42,682 nt of DNA from contig JAKLEG010000003.1 of the NCBI GenBank assembly GCA_022703175.1, positions 1 through 42,682 of the forward strand. Reading direction: 5' to 3'. This stretch comes from Myxococcota bacterium (GTDB lineage: Bacteria; Myxococcota; XYA12-FULL-58-9). Made by a program: the position numbers and the translations under genes. This document shows, in pieces, positions 15,976 to 24,829 of this stretch; position 1 is the first letter of the stretch, and each line of letters starts with the position of its first letter. A model generated the notes under the pieces. That model saw only the letters and a list, made by a program, of their open reading frames with translations, did not search any database and was not told where the DNA came from.

Positions 15976-16569
15976 CTACAAGCTCGCCTCTTTACCATCC
16001 ACCTTCACTTTATGCAGCTTGAGCACTGGGCGCAGGCGGTAGCAGTCGCCGCTGGGGATGAGGGATTCGCCCACGTCAAAGTCCATCAAGATCTCGGTCT
16101 CGGCGCCGTCCTTGGCCGCGAAGGCCTTGAATGGATGATTGATCTTGATACCGGTGGGCGGCACGTCGGCCAACTCCAACGCGCACTCTACACCGTCTTG
16201 CACCACCGTGTTGGATTGGCTCAGGTCGAGGAACAACCGCACCTGTGTGATTTTGCCCTCCGGCAACGACAACTCACCTAACAACGCTGCCGCGCCCTCG
16301 CCTTGGTGGGCCAGTAGATCGAGCGCCTTGCCATACGCGAGACTCTCCCAGTTGCGGTCTTGGTCAATCGAAGTATCGGCCGGGTCGCCATCTTTGGCCT
16401 TGTCACCCTCGGCCACGTGCACCTCAATCCGGTCAACAAACACCGTGACGGCGGTGATCCCCTCGGGGGGCGCATCCATCAGCTTGATTACAGCCGTGGC
16501 CTCACCACCGCACCCCGACACCACCAAGGCCAACCCCACCATCCACCCGTGTTGCAGCTTCATCGACAT
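15976..16569 (-). CDS. DUF4382-family lipoprotein
   Basis: MSMKLQHGWMVGLALVVSGC (lipobox VSGC). Domain pattern VTVFVDRIEVHV..W..L.....LDLL.....A.LLGELSLPEGKITQVRLFL...NTVV.DG....L..PSG..TGIKI...F......TEILMDFDVGESLIPSGDCYRLRPVLKL matches what I remember of DUF4382. Confidence 0.45.
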   Translation of the reverse strand: MSMKLQHGWMVGLALVVSGCGGEATAVIKLMDAPPEGITAVTVFVDRIEVHVAEGDKAKDGDPADTSIDQDRNWESLAYGKALDLLAHQGEGAAALLGELSLPEGKITQVRLFLDLSQSNTVVQDGVECALELADVPPTGIKINHPFKAFAAKDGAETEILMDFDVGESLIPSGDCYRLRPVLKLHKVKVDGKEASL

Positions 16570-16595
16570 GGTGTACCTCCACTACCCCACTTGTT

Positions 16596-18113
16596 GTGGC
16601 CACAATGGCCCAGGTAACCGCCTCCGAACGATCAGTAATTCACCAAGCAAAACCGCCAAGTGCATCGCAACTTCGACCATTGAATAGGCGCCAGCTCTGC
16701 GGCATCGTACGAATCTCCATGGCACCCCTCACTGCCCTTTGCCTGACGTTTTCGGGGCTCATAACGTCAGCGCCCGAGCCCCTTGAGACCTTGCAGCTCA
16801 CAGTGGAGCCGGCCGAGCTGAGCCTCGACATACACACCACGGTAACAGTACGCGTCCACGCCGTGGGCCACGACCTGACCGACCTCGAAGCGGTCGCCGA
16901 AGCCGGAACAGTCACCGATTGGCAACGCACCGCCGACGGCAGCTTCACTGCAACCTGGCAGCTCCCTTCTGACCTGACCCCGCGCCGCGTGGGGCTCGCG
17001 ATCCGCGACCGGCGCCAAAAGCTAGCGGTGTTTACCACCGTGGCGTTAGCACGACGCGCCCGCTTCGCTATCAAGACACGCCCGCGAGCGCACGTGCGAC
17101 TGCTGTTGGAGCACCAAGAAGTTGCCGCCGCAACCGCCGACGAGGATGGCCGTGCACTCGTTAATCTGCTGGTGCCTGCAGGCAAAAACGGCGCCGCGAC
17201 CGTTGAGCATTGGTTAGGCGATGCACGTTTCCAGGTCGAAACGATGCAACTTGGCACCGGTGATGCGCTGCACCTGTTTGCGGTGGCCACCTCGGCTCAT
17301 AGGCTTTACGCTTGGGGTTACCGCGATTCAGGGCGGCCGCTCCAAGCGGCCACGCTCCAGGCCTATGCCGGACACCAGGCCGCCACCGCCGAACCCCTGG
17401 GCACCGATCGTTGGCAGCTCACCCTCCCAAGCGCGGCCGGACACGAAGCGCTGACCGTGGGACTTGAGCTCAACGATGGCGCTGAAATGACGCGCTACGA
17501 GTTGGCGATGACCCCCCCGGCGAAGCCCGAGCTACCTGCCGATTCGCGCTCACAGACAACCCTGGCGACACCTCGATGGCCGTGGAACGTAAGCGCTACG
17601 GCCGGTTTGGCGGCCGATGGTGAGTTGCTCAAAACAGGCTGGTTCAGTGTCGGTGCGGAGCTGTTACCGTTCGCAAGCCTGCCGGCCTTGGGCCTCGCCG
17701 CTGACCTGGCGCTGACGTTGCCCACCGAGGGCGAAAGCCTTTCGGGTGGCAGCACGGCCAACGCGACACTGGCCACCGAGCGTTACTGGCTCGTGCCGTT
17801 TACGTTGGGGGTGCATGGGCACTGGCCACTCTACTCGGAATGGGTGCTGGGAGCGAATGCGGGCGGCGGTTTGCTGATGGCGGCGGTCGAACGTAGCCGC
17901 ACCACGCTCAAGAACAACCGCGTGCATAGCGGCAATACCGATCTGACGACCGGCGTTGAGCTTTGCGCCCGTGCAGAATTGGGCTACCACCTGGGACCAG
18001 GTTGGTTACTTGGGCAACTGGGCGGCCAATTGCTGCTCGTGACGCCCGCAAACGTCACGCTACAACGCCTCTGGGGGACGCTGGCTGTAACCTACCGACT
18101 AGAAATTATCTAA
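16596..18113 (+). CDS. Hypothetical secreted protein with C-terminal outer-membrane beta-barrel-like region
   Basis: ORF-track coordinates. A more plausible start is ATG 16719 (MAPLTALCLTFSGLITSAPEP, signal-peptide-like), but no SD is visible. The C-terminal roughly 170 aa show alternating hydrophobic beta-strand-like periodicity and end in ...TLAVTYRLEII. Confidence 0.4.
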   Translation: MATMAQVTASERSVIHQAKPPSASQLRPLNRRQLCGIVRISMAPLTALCLTFSGLITSAPEPLETLQLTVEPAELSLDIHTTVTVRVHAVGHDLTDLEAVAEAGTVTDWQRTADGSFTATWQLPSDLTPRRVGLAIRDRRQKLAVFTTVALARRARFAIKTRPRAHVRLLLEHQEVAAATADEDGRALVNLLVPAGKNGAATVEHWLGDARFQVETMQLGTGDALHLFAVATSAHRLYAWGYRDSGRPLQAATLQAYAGHQAATAEPLGTDRWQLTLPSAAGHEALTVGLELNDGAEMTRYELAMTPPAKPELPADSRSQTTLATPRWPWNVSATAGLAADGELLKTGWFSVGAELLPFASLPALGLAADLALTLPTEGESLSGGSTANATLATERYWLVPFTLGVHGHWPLYSEWVLGANAGGGLLMAAVERSRTTLKNNRVHSGNTDLTTGVELCARAELGYHLGPGWLLGQLGGQLLLVTPANVTLQRLWGTLAVTYRLEII

Positions 18114-18216
18114 TAAAAACAACACATTAACACAATCCACTTGCGTCACGTCAAACTCGGCCAGACGCCGGTTACGAGACCCACCGAAACCACAATGAAC
18201 CTACAGAGGAGCCAGC
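18114..18216 (+). promoter_or_regulatory. Promoter region of the ECF sigma operon; unusually AT-rich leader (TAATAAAAACAACACATTAACACAAT) and possible ECF-type AAC-N18-CGTC element
   Basis: AT-rich 26-mer at 18114-18140 in an otherwise ~67% GC context. ttAACacaatccacttgcgtcaCGTCaa resembles autoregulated ECF promoters (GGAAC ... CGTC). Assignment is tentative. Confidence 0.2.
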
Positions 18217-18801
18217 GTGCCCGATGAGTTACGTGAAGGTGTCCCCCAAGATGCGTGGGAGCGGGCACAGCTTGCACGCGCGCAAAAGGGAGATGCACAG
18301 GCGTTTGGCGACGTGCTCAAGCGCTACCAAACGCGAATCTACTCACTGGTACGTCGGCTGGTGGCGCGTCCTGCGGAAGCACAGGAGCTGACCCAGGAGG
18401 TCTTCTTGCAGGCGTTCAAGTCCCAGGCGCGTTTCGACCCCAACCGGCCGTTCCGCCCGTGGCTGTACCGCATCGCGGTGAACGTCTGTCAAAATCACCG
18501 TCGGCACGCGAGCCGCCGTGAGCTGGCACAACCACCGCTCGACCACCTAACGCCGCTTTGGGGGGCACTCCCAGCGACGCCCGAACAAGCCGCCGTGCAC
18601 CAAGACGATGCCCAGCGCCTGGAAACCTATCTATTGCGACTCAAACCCAGCGATCGCGAGTTGTTGCTGCTACGCTTCTGGGAGGAGCTCGACTACGCGG
18701 AGCTCGTGCGCATCTACCATCTGCCCCAGACGGTCTTAAAGATGCGCGTGCATCGTGCCCTCAACACGTTGCGCCAATGGGTGGAGGGAGGCCGCTCATG
18801 A
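18217..18801 (+). CDS. RNA polymerase ECF-type sigma-70 family factor
   Basis: GTG start with AGAGGAG 5 nt upstream. Region 2 (QTRIYSLVRRLVARPAEAQELTQEVFLQAFKSQARFDPNRPFRPWLYRIAVNVCQNHRR) and region 4 (DRELLLLRFWEELDYAELVRIYHLPQTVLKMRVHRALNTLR) are both present. 194 aa. Confidence 0.85.
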   Translation: MPDELREGVPQDAWERAQLARAQKGDAQAFGDVLKRYQTRIYSLVRRLVARPAEAQELTQEVFLQAFKSQARFDPNRPFRPWLYRIAVNVCQNHRRHASRRELAQPPLDHLTPLWGALPATPEQAAVHQDDAQRLETYLLRLKPSDRELLLLRFWEELDYAELVRIYHLPQTVLKMRVHRALNTLRQWVEGGRS

Positions 18802-19937
18802 CGCTTAGCAAACAGGACGAACGCCTCCTGTTGCGCGCCTTGGATGGCCTCGCAACTCCCGCCGAGCGCGCCATGCTTGAAGCACGCGCCAGCGACGACC
18901 CCAAGCTCGATCGAGCTTGGCAGGACGCGCAACGCCTACTGCAACATCTCAACCAGCTGCCCACCTTGGTGCCCGCCGCCGACTTGGTGGCCCAAGCATG
19001 GGTAGACTACCAAAAGCCGCGAGAGGCCCGTCGGATATGGCCTTGGCTGCTGGTCCCAGTGGCCGCGGGTTTGGCAATTTTGGGAACGTGGTTGGGTTTC
19101 GACACTGCGGAGGCGCCAGTGGTTTTGACGGTGGCGCGTCCGGCATTACCCCGCCCAGCACTGCTCACCGCTCGCGGCCCAGTATGGTTGACCACGGCCG
19201 CCGGACATCATGAAGCCATGCCAGGCGCCGCCGTGGGCAGCGGTGATATGTTGGCCACGGCCGCCGCAGCCGAAGCCACCTTGCAACTCGCGTACGCCTC
19301 GGTGACCCTCACAGAACATAGCGCGCTGCAGCTCGATGAGTTGAGTGAACGCCTGCCAAAGGTAACGCTCAACAAAGGGGTGGTGCAGATCACAGTGCAA
19401 GAGGCGCAGCCCACCCCAGTTTTGGAAGTGCACTTGAACGGCCTAAAAGAACACGTTTTCATTCAAACCGGCGCGGTCGGCATTGTGCAGCCGCAGGTAG
19501 GCGTGGCCACGGTGGCGTGCCTCACAGGCCACGTGCGCGTGGTCATTGGAACCCAGAGCTTACAGGTTGAAGCGGGCCAAGAAATCACGCTGCGCTCAGC
19601 ACAGACGCCAAAGCTTGGTCCCAGCGCGCCCAACCTAACGCTGGTGGTCGAAGCGCTTGGCAAACCAGCGCACGATGGTCGCCTGACATTGCGTGGGCAT
19701 ACTCAACCAGGGGTCGAGCTACGCGTGGGCAGCGTCCTGGTCCCTGTGGCCACCGATGGTAGCTTCGTCTATGTATGGCGACCCGAACCTACTGAACGCA
19801 CAGTGCTTCTGGCCGCGCGTGATGCGCTCAATCGCCGCCAGCAACGGCAGGCCTCGTGGCCGGCACCGAGCCGGGCCTCGCCCAAAGTTGCCCCTGGTGA
19901 AACCGAGTGGGAGTGGGCGCCAAAAGTGCCTGGCTAG
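18798..19937 (+). CDS. Anti-sigma factor, single-pass membrane, with periplasmic FecR-like domain
   Basis: ATG 18798 overlaps the sigma stop (ATGA) and has GGAGGGAGG upstream. The ORF-track 18558 start is an out-of-context N-extension. N-terminus MTLSKQDERLLLRALDGLATPAERAMLEA (anti-sigma N-domain), then TM helix IWPWLLVPVAAGLAILGTWLGF, then periplasmic region with FecR-like pattern (...VQITVQEAQPTPVLEVHLNGLKEHVFIQTGAVGIV...VVIGTQSLQVEAGQEITL). Confidence 0.75.
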   Translation: MTLSKQDERLLLRALDGLATPAERAMLEARASDDPKLDRAWQDAQRLLQHLNQLPTLVPAADLVAQAWVDYQKPREARRIWPWLLVPVAAGLAILGTWLGFDTAEAPVVLTVARPALPRPALLTARGPVWLTTAAGHHEAMPGAAVGSGDMLATAAAAEATLQLAYASVTLTEHSALQLDELSERLPKVTLNKGVVQITVQEAQPTPVLEVHLNGLKEHVFIQTGAVGIVQPQVGVATVACLTGHVRVVIGTQSLQVEAGQEITLRSAQTPKLGPSAPNLTLVVEALGKPAHDGRLTLRGHTQPGVELRVGSVLVPVATDGSFVYVWRPEPTERTVLLAARDALNRRQQRQASWPAPSRASPKVAPGETEWEWAPKVPG

Positions 19938-20101
19938 CAGCGCTACCAAGTTCCAGCCCCTACGGTCGATACACCCGTGACAGTTCCAGTGAACAATCGC
20001 GTGGAAAGATGCGTGCTGGAAGTTATCCCCCTCAACCAGTTGGTGACTAACCGAACGGGCATTAAGGCGTGGTGACTCGGCGCACCAAACGACTAAACAC
20101 G

Positions 20102-23100
20102 TCAGTCGAGCGTGCTGGCAAACGCTGGTGTCCACGCACCGCTGTCGCCCAACTGCCCATCCAGATTGTCACCCCAACAACGCACGCTACCACCGGACTT
20201 CAAGCCACAGGTGAAGTTGGCACCGGCCGCAATGCCCAACCAGTCGGTGTCAGAGCCCACTTGCATCGGCACCGTTTGCCGATAGGGTGCAAAGGGCACG
20301 CCGAGTTGGCCGTCAAACCCAGAACCCCAGCACCATAAGGTTCCGGCATTCGTGCCGTCATTGCGAATACCGCAGGTGTGCGCATCGCCAGTGGCGAGAG
20401 CCGACCAAGTAGCGTTGGCCGCCAGCACCTGGGTGATAACCACTCGGTCCGTGGTATCGCCCTCGGCCACTCCCAGTTGTCCTGAACCGTTGGCGCCCCA
20501 GCAATAGAGCGAGCCGCTGTTGGCGATACCGCACGTGTGCTGCCCGCCTGCCGACACCTGTGCAAACAAGGGGCTGTTGATGCGATAGGGAGTCGTCTGC
20601 GGTACGCCCATGTCGCCCTTGCCAATCTGACCCTTGTTGTTGTCACCCCAACAGTAGGAATACTGACCTTGCCGAGCGCAGGTGTGATTCCGGCGACTGC
20701 TAAGCCCTAGCCAACTGTAGAGCGTGCCCACGCGGGTCATGGCCGCACCGCCGCCGCCTGTCGAGTTGATTCCAAGCTGCCCAAGCTCGTTGTTGCCCCA
20801 ACAGTACAGGCTACCATCGGCCTTGATGCCACAGGTGTGGGCGTCGCCCGCGGCCACTTCGTTCCAATCATCGGTGCTGATCCACGCGGGCACCGCCCGC
20901 TGCCAATAGCCGGCTTCGGCCAACGCAAGCTGCCCCGACGCGTTGGCGCCCCAGCACCAGAGGTCGGCGTTGTCTTGAATCGCGCAGGTATGACTCGCGC
21001 CAGTCGCCAGCATTCTCCATGAGCCCGTACCATTGTAGACGTATGTAGGCGACATCAGGCTCATGTAGTAGGACCAAGGGTAGGGCTGACCTCCGTCGGG
21101 ATCGGGCCGTTCATTGCCAAGCTGCCCTTGGGCGTCACTGCCCCAACATTGCGCAAAACCCGAGGTCCCGGCGGAGGCGTCCAGGACGCAGGCGTGGTTT
21201 GCACCGGCAACGAGCTTAACGGCTGGAGCCCCGATCGAAATATCGCTTATAGGCACCACGGGGTGTCTGCCAACCCCCTCACCCAATTGGCCCAGGTCGC
21301 GGCTCCCCCAACAAAACACCTTCCCATTGGTGGACAGGCCGCAGGCGTGGTGCGCCCCAAACCCCACGGTTAACCAGCCGGCGTCCGCAGCGGGCAAGGC
21401 AACCGCGTCCATCGGATCGATGCGCGCTTTTTCGCGCATCAACTCGTAATGACTATTACGACCCCAGCACATGTAGGCGTTGTTAGTGCCACCGCACGTA
21501 TGGTAGCCGCCTGCCACGACCGTGGTGTCGCCGTTGCGGGCGAACGTTAGCGTCGGCGTACCAGCACCTGCTTCCCCGTATTTACTGCCGCCCCAACAAT
21601 ACGTGCTGTAGGTGGTGCCGTCGTAACTGATAGCGCAGGCGTGTTCCTCGCCTACCGCCACGCTCTGCCATGTGGCGCTGGCCGGCACGCGCGCCACCAC
21701 ACTCGGCGTATAGATGTTGTTACCGGCGCTGCCAGTGCCTACCTGCCCTACACCATTGGCCCCCCAACAGTACAAATCGCCGGAGTAGTTTAACGCGCAG
21801 GTGAATTGGTTCCCCAACGCTAGCTGACTCACCGGCCCCGGATCTGAAATTTGCACCGGCGGGAAAATGTTGCCGGGTGCCCCTGAACCGACGCCGACGG
21901 CCCCCATGTTGTTGTCGCCCCAACAATACAAGTTGTGATTCACGTCCACGGCGCAGGCGTGGTACTGCCCAACGGCGACCTTCGCCCACTGGGCGCTGGC
22001 GCCAATCTGCGTAGGCAGCAAATCATACGTGACGTTGTTGTAGCCCCAACACCACAGCGTGCCGTAGCTAACTCCAGGTGTCGCCTCGCGAATACCGCAG
22101 GTACGCGTCATCCCGGCACTCACGCTCGCCCAGTCATCGGCTGGCCCCACCCACAAGGGGTTGCCCAAAATGTCGGGAACCTCGTTGTAAGTGCCGCCCA
22201 AAATCTGGTCGAAATAGTTGTCGCCCCAGCACCATAGGCTCTTGTCGCCACCAATGGCGCAGCTGTGCGCAGGCCCAACCGCTAACGCCTTCCAGGTGGT
22301 CCCCGGCATGTTGAAGTTGAATTGTCTGGGTGTGGCGACGTTGCCTACAGAGTCCGTGGCCACGACGGCGAAGTAATGGAGGCCACTCTTTGGCAGATGC
22401 AATACCTGGTTGTTAGAACAGCTGGTGTAGGCCGCAGTGTCGTTGATGTTGTCAGGGTCGACCGCGCAACGGTAACTGCACGGCAACGAGTTGTCAGGGT
22501 CGGTACAGGAAAGCGTCACCGTGACCTGGGTGCCGGTCGGATAGAATGAAGCGGAGACGTTCGGCGGAGTGGTATCGCTCGGGACATAACAAACATTGGC
22601 GTTACATGTCCCGCCGATGGCCACGCACAGTTCCTCGTCGCACCCGCATGATGGAGTGTCGCCGTAGTAGCTGCCCAGATTGCACCCCTGACCACTTGCG
22701 GCGTCGCAACTACCATCGCACGTAGCCTTGCAGACGCGACGCGTCGGCGTGGTGTCAGTGGTGCCATAAACATATGCGCACGCCCCGTTAGGACAGCTGG
22801 CATCGCTACTACACGCCCCCACACAGACTCCCATCGACGCCCCAGCGTTCGGCAGCACGCACACCTTGCCACTCCCGACGCCGCACTCGTTGTCGTTGTT
22901 GCAGGTGCTTGACACGGTACAAGAACCTGATTGGCAGGTAGCTTGGTTGCCCATATCCAGCATGCACTCGTCGGCGTTGCAGTCACACGCAAGCTTGCTC
23001 GTGTCATCGCCGAACACCGGCGTGGTGCCCTGCCAGGTGCAGCGCTCACCCACCTGTGAGCCACAGTCGGCGCTACAGGTCAGGCAAGCAGTGCTGGTGC

Positions 23101-23671
23101 CGCCCGCTACCTGCACCATGGCGCAAGCGGCTTTGGTCTCACAGCCATTGCCTCCGGCCATATCGCACGCCGGGCGGCACTCACGTTTGGTGCCGTTGGC
23201 CACGAGCACACAAACGCCACCCGCGCAGTCATTGTTGCTGGTACACCCTGAGGTGGTGCCGATGCAGCTCAATCCCGTGCCGTCGTAGTAATCCACGACG
23301 CTGGCATTCGTAGCCGCGCAGCCGTTATTGCAGCCCGTACAGGGCTTGCACGCTTGCACATTCCCCTGCCGCCCTTTGACAAAAATGCAGGCGGCCTGAT
23401 TGCCACAAGTCACCCTGGCACAACCCACGTGACAAACACCCTGGTTGTTGGAGGCCACGGTGCAGACACCCAAGGGGCCGCACTCGGCATCCGAGCCGCA
23501 ATTGAGCGTCGGCACGCAAACGCCGGTGCCTTGGCCATACGCGCTGCAAACATGGTCATCGGCGCAGTCATCATCTGAATCGCAGGCGAAACTGGCGGTA
23601 TCGGGATCGGGCACATCCACAGTGCAGGCAGCGGCAAACACAACGATCAACAATGCCAGCGATACTCTCAC
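20102..23671 (-). CDS. Large RCC1-repeat (14 blades, two 7-bladed propellers) secreted lipoprotein with N-terminal Myxococcus-type Cys-rich repeats
   Basis: GTG start with GGGGG upstream. MRVSLALLIVVFAAAC (lipobox). About 400 aa of Cys-rich modules (CDSDDDCADDHVCSAYGQGTGVCVP...). An Ig/CHB_HEX_C-like segment (PPNVSASFYPTGTQVTVTLSCTDPD). Then 14 CWG-x-N-x-x-GQLG RCC1 repeats (e.g. SLYCWGNNELGQLG, TLWCWGSGFDGQLG, SVRCWGDNLDGQLG). Confidence 0.75.
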   Translation of the reverse strand: MRVSLALLIVVFAAACTVDVPDPDTASFACDSDDDCADDHVCSAYGQGTGVCVPTLNCGSDAECGPLGVCTVASNNQGVCHVGCARVTCGNQAACIFVKGRQGNVQACKPCTGCNNGCAATNASVVDYYDGTGLSCIGTTSGCTSNNDCAGGVCVLVANGTKRECRPACDMAGGNGCETKAACAMVQVAGGTSTACLTCSADCGSQVGERCTWQGTTPVFGDDTSKLACDCNADECMLDMGNQATCQSGSCTVSSTCNNDNECGVGSGKVCVLPNAGASMGVCVGACSSDASCPNGACAYVYGTTDTTPTRRVCKATCDGSCDAASGQGCNLGSYYGDTPSCGCDEELCVAIGGTCNANVCYVPSDTTPPNVSASFYPTGTQVTVTLSCTDPDNSLPCSYRCAVDPDNINDTAAYTSCSNNQVLHLPKSGLHYFAVVATDSVGNVATPRQFNFNMPGTTWKALAVGPAHSCAIGGDKSLWCWGDNYFDQILGGTYNEVPDILGNPLWVGPADDWASVSAGMTRTCGIREATPGVSYGTLWCWGYNNVTYDLLPTQIGASAQWAKVAVGQYHACAVDVNHNLYCWGDNNMGAVGVGSGAPGNIFPPVQISDPGPVSQLALGNQFTCALNYSGDLYCWGANGVGQVGTGSAGNNIYTPSVVARVPASATWQSVAVGEEHACAISYDGTTYSTYCWGGSKYGEAGAGTPTLTFARNGDTTVVAGGYHTCGGTNNAYMCWGRNSHYELMREKARIDPMDAVALPAADAGWLTVGFGAHHACGLSTNGKVFCWGSRDLGQLGEGVGRHPVVPISDISIGAPAVKLVAGANHACVLDASAGTSGFAQCWGSDAQGQLGNERPDPDGGQPYPWSYYMSLMSPTYVYNGTGSWRMLATGASHTCAIQDNADLWCWGANASGQLALAEAGYWQRAVPAWISTDDWNEVAAGDAHTCGIKADGSLYCWGNNELGQLGINSTGGGGAAMTRVGTLYSWLGLSSRRNHTCARQGQYSYCWGDNNKGQIGKGDMGVPQTTPYRINSPLFAQVSAGGQHTCGIANSGSLYCWGANGSGQLGVAEGDTTDRVVITQVLAANATWSALATGDAHTCGIRNDGTNAGTLWCWGSGFDGQLGVPFAPYRQTVPMQVGSDTDWLGIAAGANFTCGLKSGGSVRCWGDNLDGQLGDSGAWTPAFASTLD
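20105..22309 (-). repeat. Coding tandem array of 14 RCC1-type repeats (about 50 codons each)
   Basis: Counted 14 C-W-G motifs each followed by a G-Q-[LVI]-G-type motif in the translation. Confidence 0.6.
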
Positions 23672-23782
23672 GGGACCCCCTTAAGAATCTCTCGCTCCGA
23701 CAGGACTCGGACGCGAGGTAAGCGAATCCTTTAATTTTAACCACGGTTTGGTGACGCACCACAACGCCTGCGCGCAGAGCTA

Positions 23783-24817
23783 TCAGGGCAGGGGGGCCAC
23801 GTCGCGACCTTCGCCAAACCCCAACACCCAAACCTTGGGCGGGTTGGCGATCGTGGTCAGGTAGCGCTGAAGCTCGATCACAGCCTCGGTCTGACCATCA
23901 TCCCCGAGCGCGAAGGTGCCGTAGTGCATCGGCACGGTGACAGCCGCGCCCAATAACAGCGCGGCGTCTACCGCCTCACTGGGGCCGATGTGAGCGGTCG
24001 ACATGAACCAGGTTGGCTTGTAGGCCCCCACCGGCAGGAGCGCCAGGCGCATCGAGCCAAAGTGGGCCGCAATCATTTCAAAATGGCTGCCCCAGCCCGT
24101 GTCGCCCGCGAAGAACACGGGTCCGCCAGGAGCGCTCAACACAAATCCCGCCCACAGCGTCGTGCCGAAGTCGGTCGGCCCACGTCTTGACCAATGTCGC
24201 ACCGGTACCGCGGTCACCGTAAGCCCGGGCGCAAGTTCTTGCGATTGCCACCAATCTAACGCCTTGGCACCAGAGATCTCCCACCCTGCCAAGCGTATGT
24301 CATTCCCCAGCGGCACGATAAAACGTGGATGGTCCCGTTCGCACAACGCCTTCAGCGTAGGCACGTCCATGTGGTCGTAATGATCGTGGCTAATCAGAAC
24401 CACGTCGATCTTGGGTAGCTGGGCAAACGGAATCCCAGGAGGAGTAAACCGCGGGCTGCCAAGCCAAGAAAACGGTCCTACGCGCTCGGCGTACACAGGA
24501 TCGGTGAGAATGTTCACACCGTGCATTTGCAACAGCACGGTCGCATGCCCAATCAGGGTTACGCGCAGCTCGCCATCGCCCACCCGCGGCGGCGGCGGTG
24601 CGGCACGTGTCGTGGGCTCTACGAACTCCCACGGTCCCTGTTGGCGTTGCCAGGTCCACTTGAGAAGATCGAGGACGTTACGTTCGTCCAGTGAACCATC
24701 GAGGTTGCGGTAGTGGCGGCCGTCAAACGGTGCTCCGGGGAGCGGCTCCCCTTGAACGTCGACGTCGGCCATCGCTAAAGCGGTAGCAACAAGCGCGAAA
24801 ACATACCGCAGAGGCAA
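23783..24817 (-). CDS. MBL-fold metallo-hydrolase (NAPE-PLD-like / Zn-dependent hydrolase), secreted
   Basis: TTG start (the only in-frame start after the upstream stop) giving signal peptide MPLRYVFALVATALAMA|D. Metal-binding motif LISHDHYDHMD (HxHxDH), plus downstream His/Asp ligands (VPVRHW, FAGDTG, VPMHYGTF). 12 nt after the upstream membrane-protein gene. Confidence 0.7.
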   Translation of the reverse strand: MPLRYVFALVATALAMADVDVQGEPLPGAPFDGRHYRNLDGSLDERNVLDLLKWTWQRQQGPWEFVEPTTRAAPPPPRVGDGELRVTLIGHATVLLQMHGVNILTDPVYAERVGPFSWLGSPRFTPPGIPFAQLPKIDVVLISHDHYDHMDVPTLKALCERDHPRFIVPLGNDIRLAGWEISGAKALDWWQSQELAPGLTVTAVPVRHWSRRGPTDFGTTLWAGFVLSAPGGPVFFAGDTGWGSHFEMIAAHFGSMRLALLPVGAYKPTWFMSTAHIGPSEAVDAALLLGAAVTVPMHYGTFALGDDGQTEAVIELQRYLTTIANPPKVWVLGFGEGRDVAPLP

Positions 24818-24829
24818 CCCAACACCAGC

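Noticed and set aside
18558-19937. Long form (459 aa) of the anti-sigma ORF starting at 18558
   Set aside because: It would overlap the sigma gene by 243 nt in another frame, with an Arg/Pro-rich translation. ATG 18798 has a strong RBS, gives the classic stop/start overlap and begins the anti-sigma N-domain.
20200-20646. Numerous 60-180-aa ORFs inside the RCC1 gene on both strands (e.g. 20200..20646, 20737..21033, 22516..23064, 22866..23288)
   Set aside because: All are nested within the 1189-aa RCC1 gene, whose repeat motifs run continuously in a single frame. They are alternative-frame artefacts of high GC.
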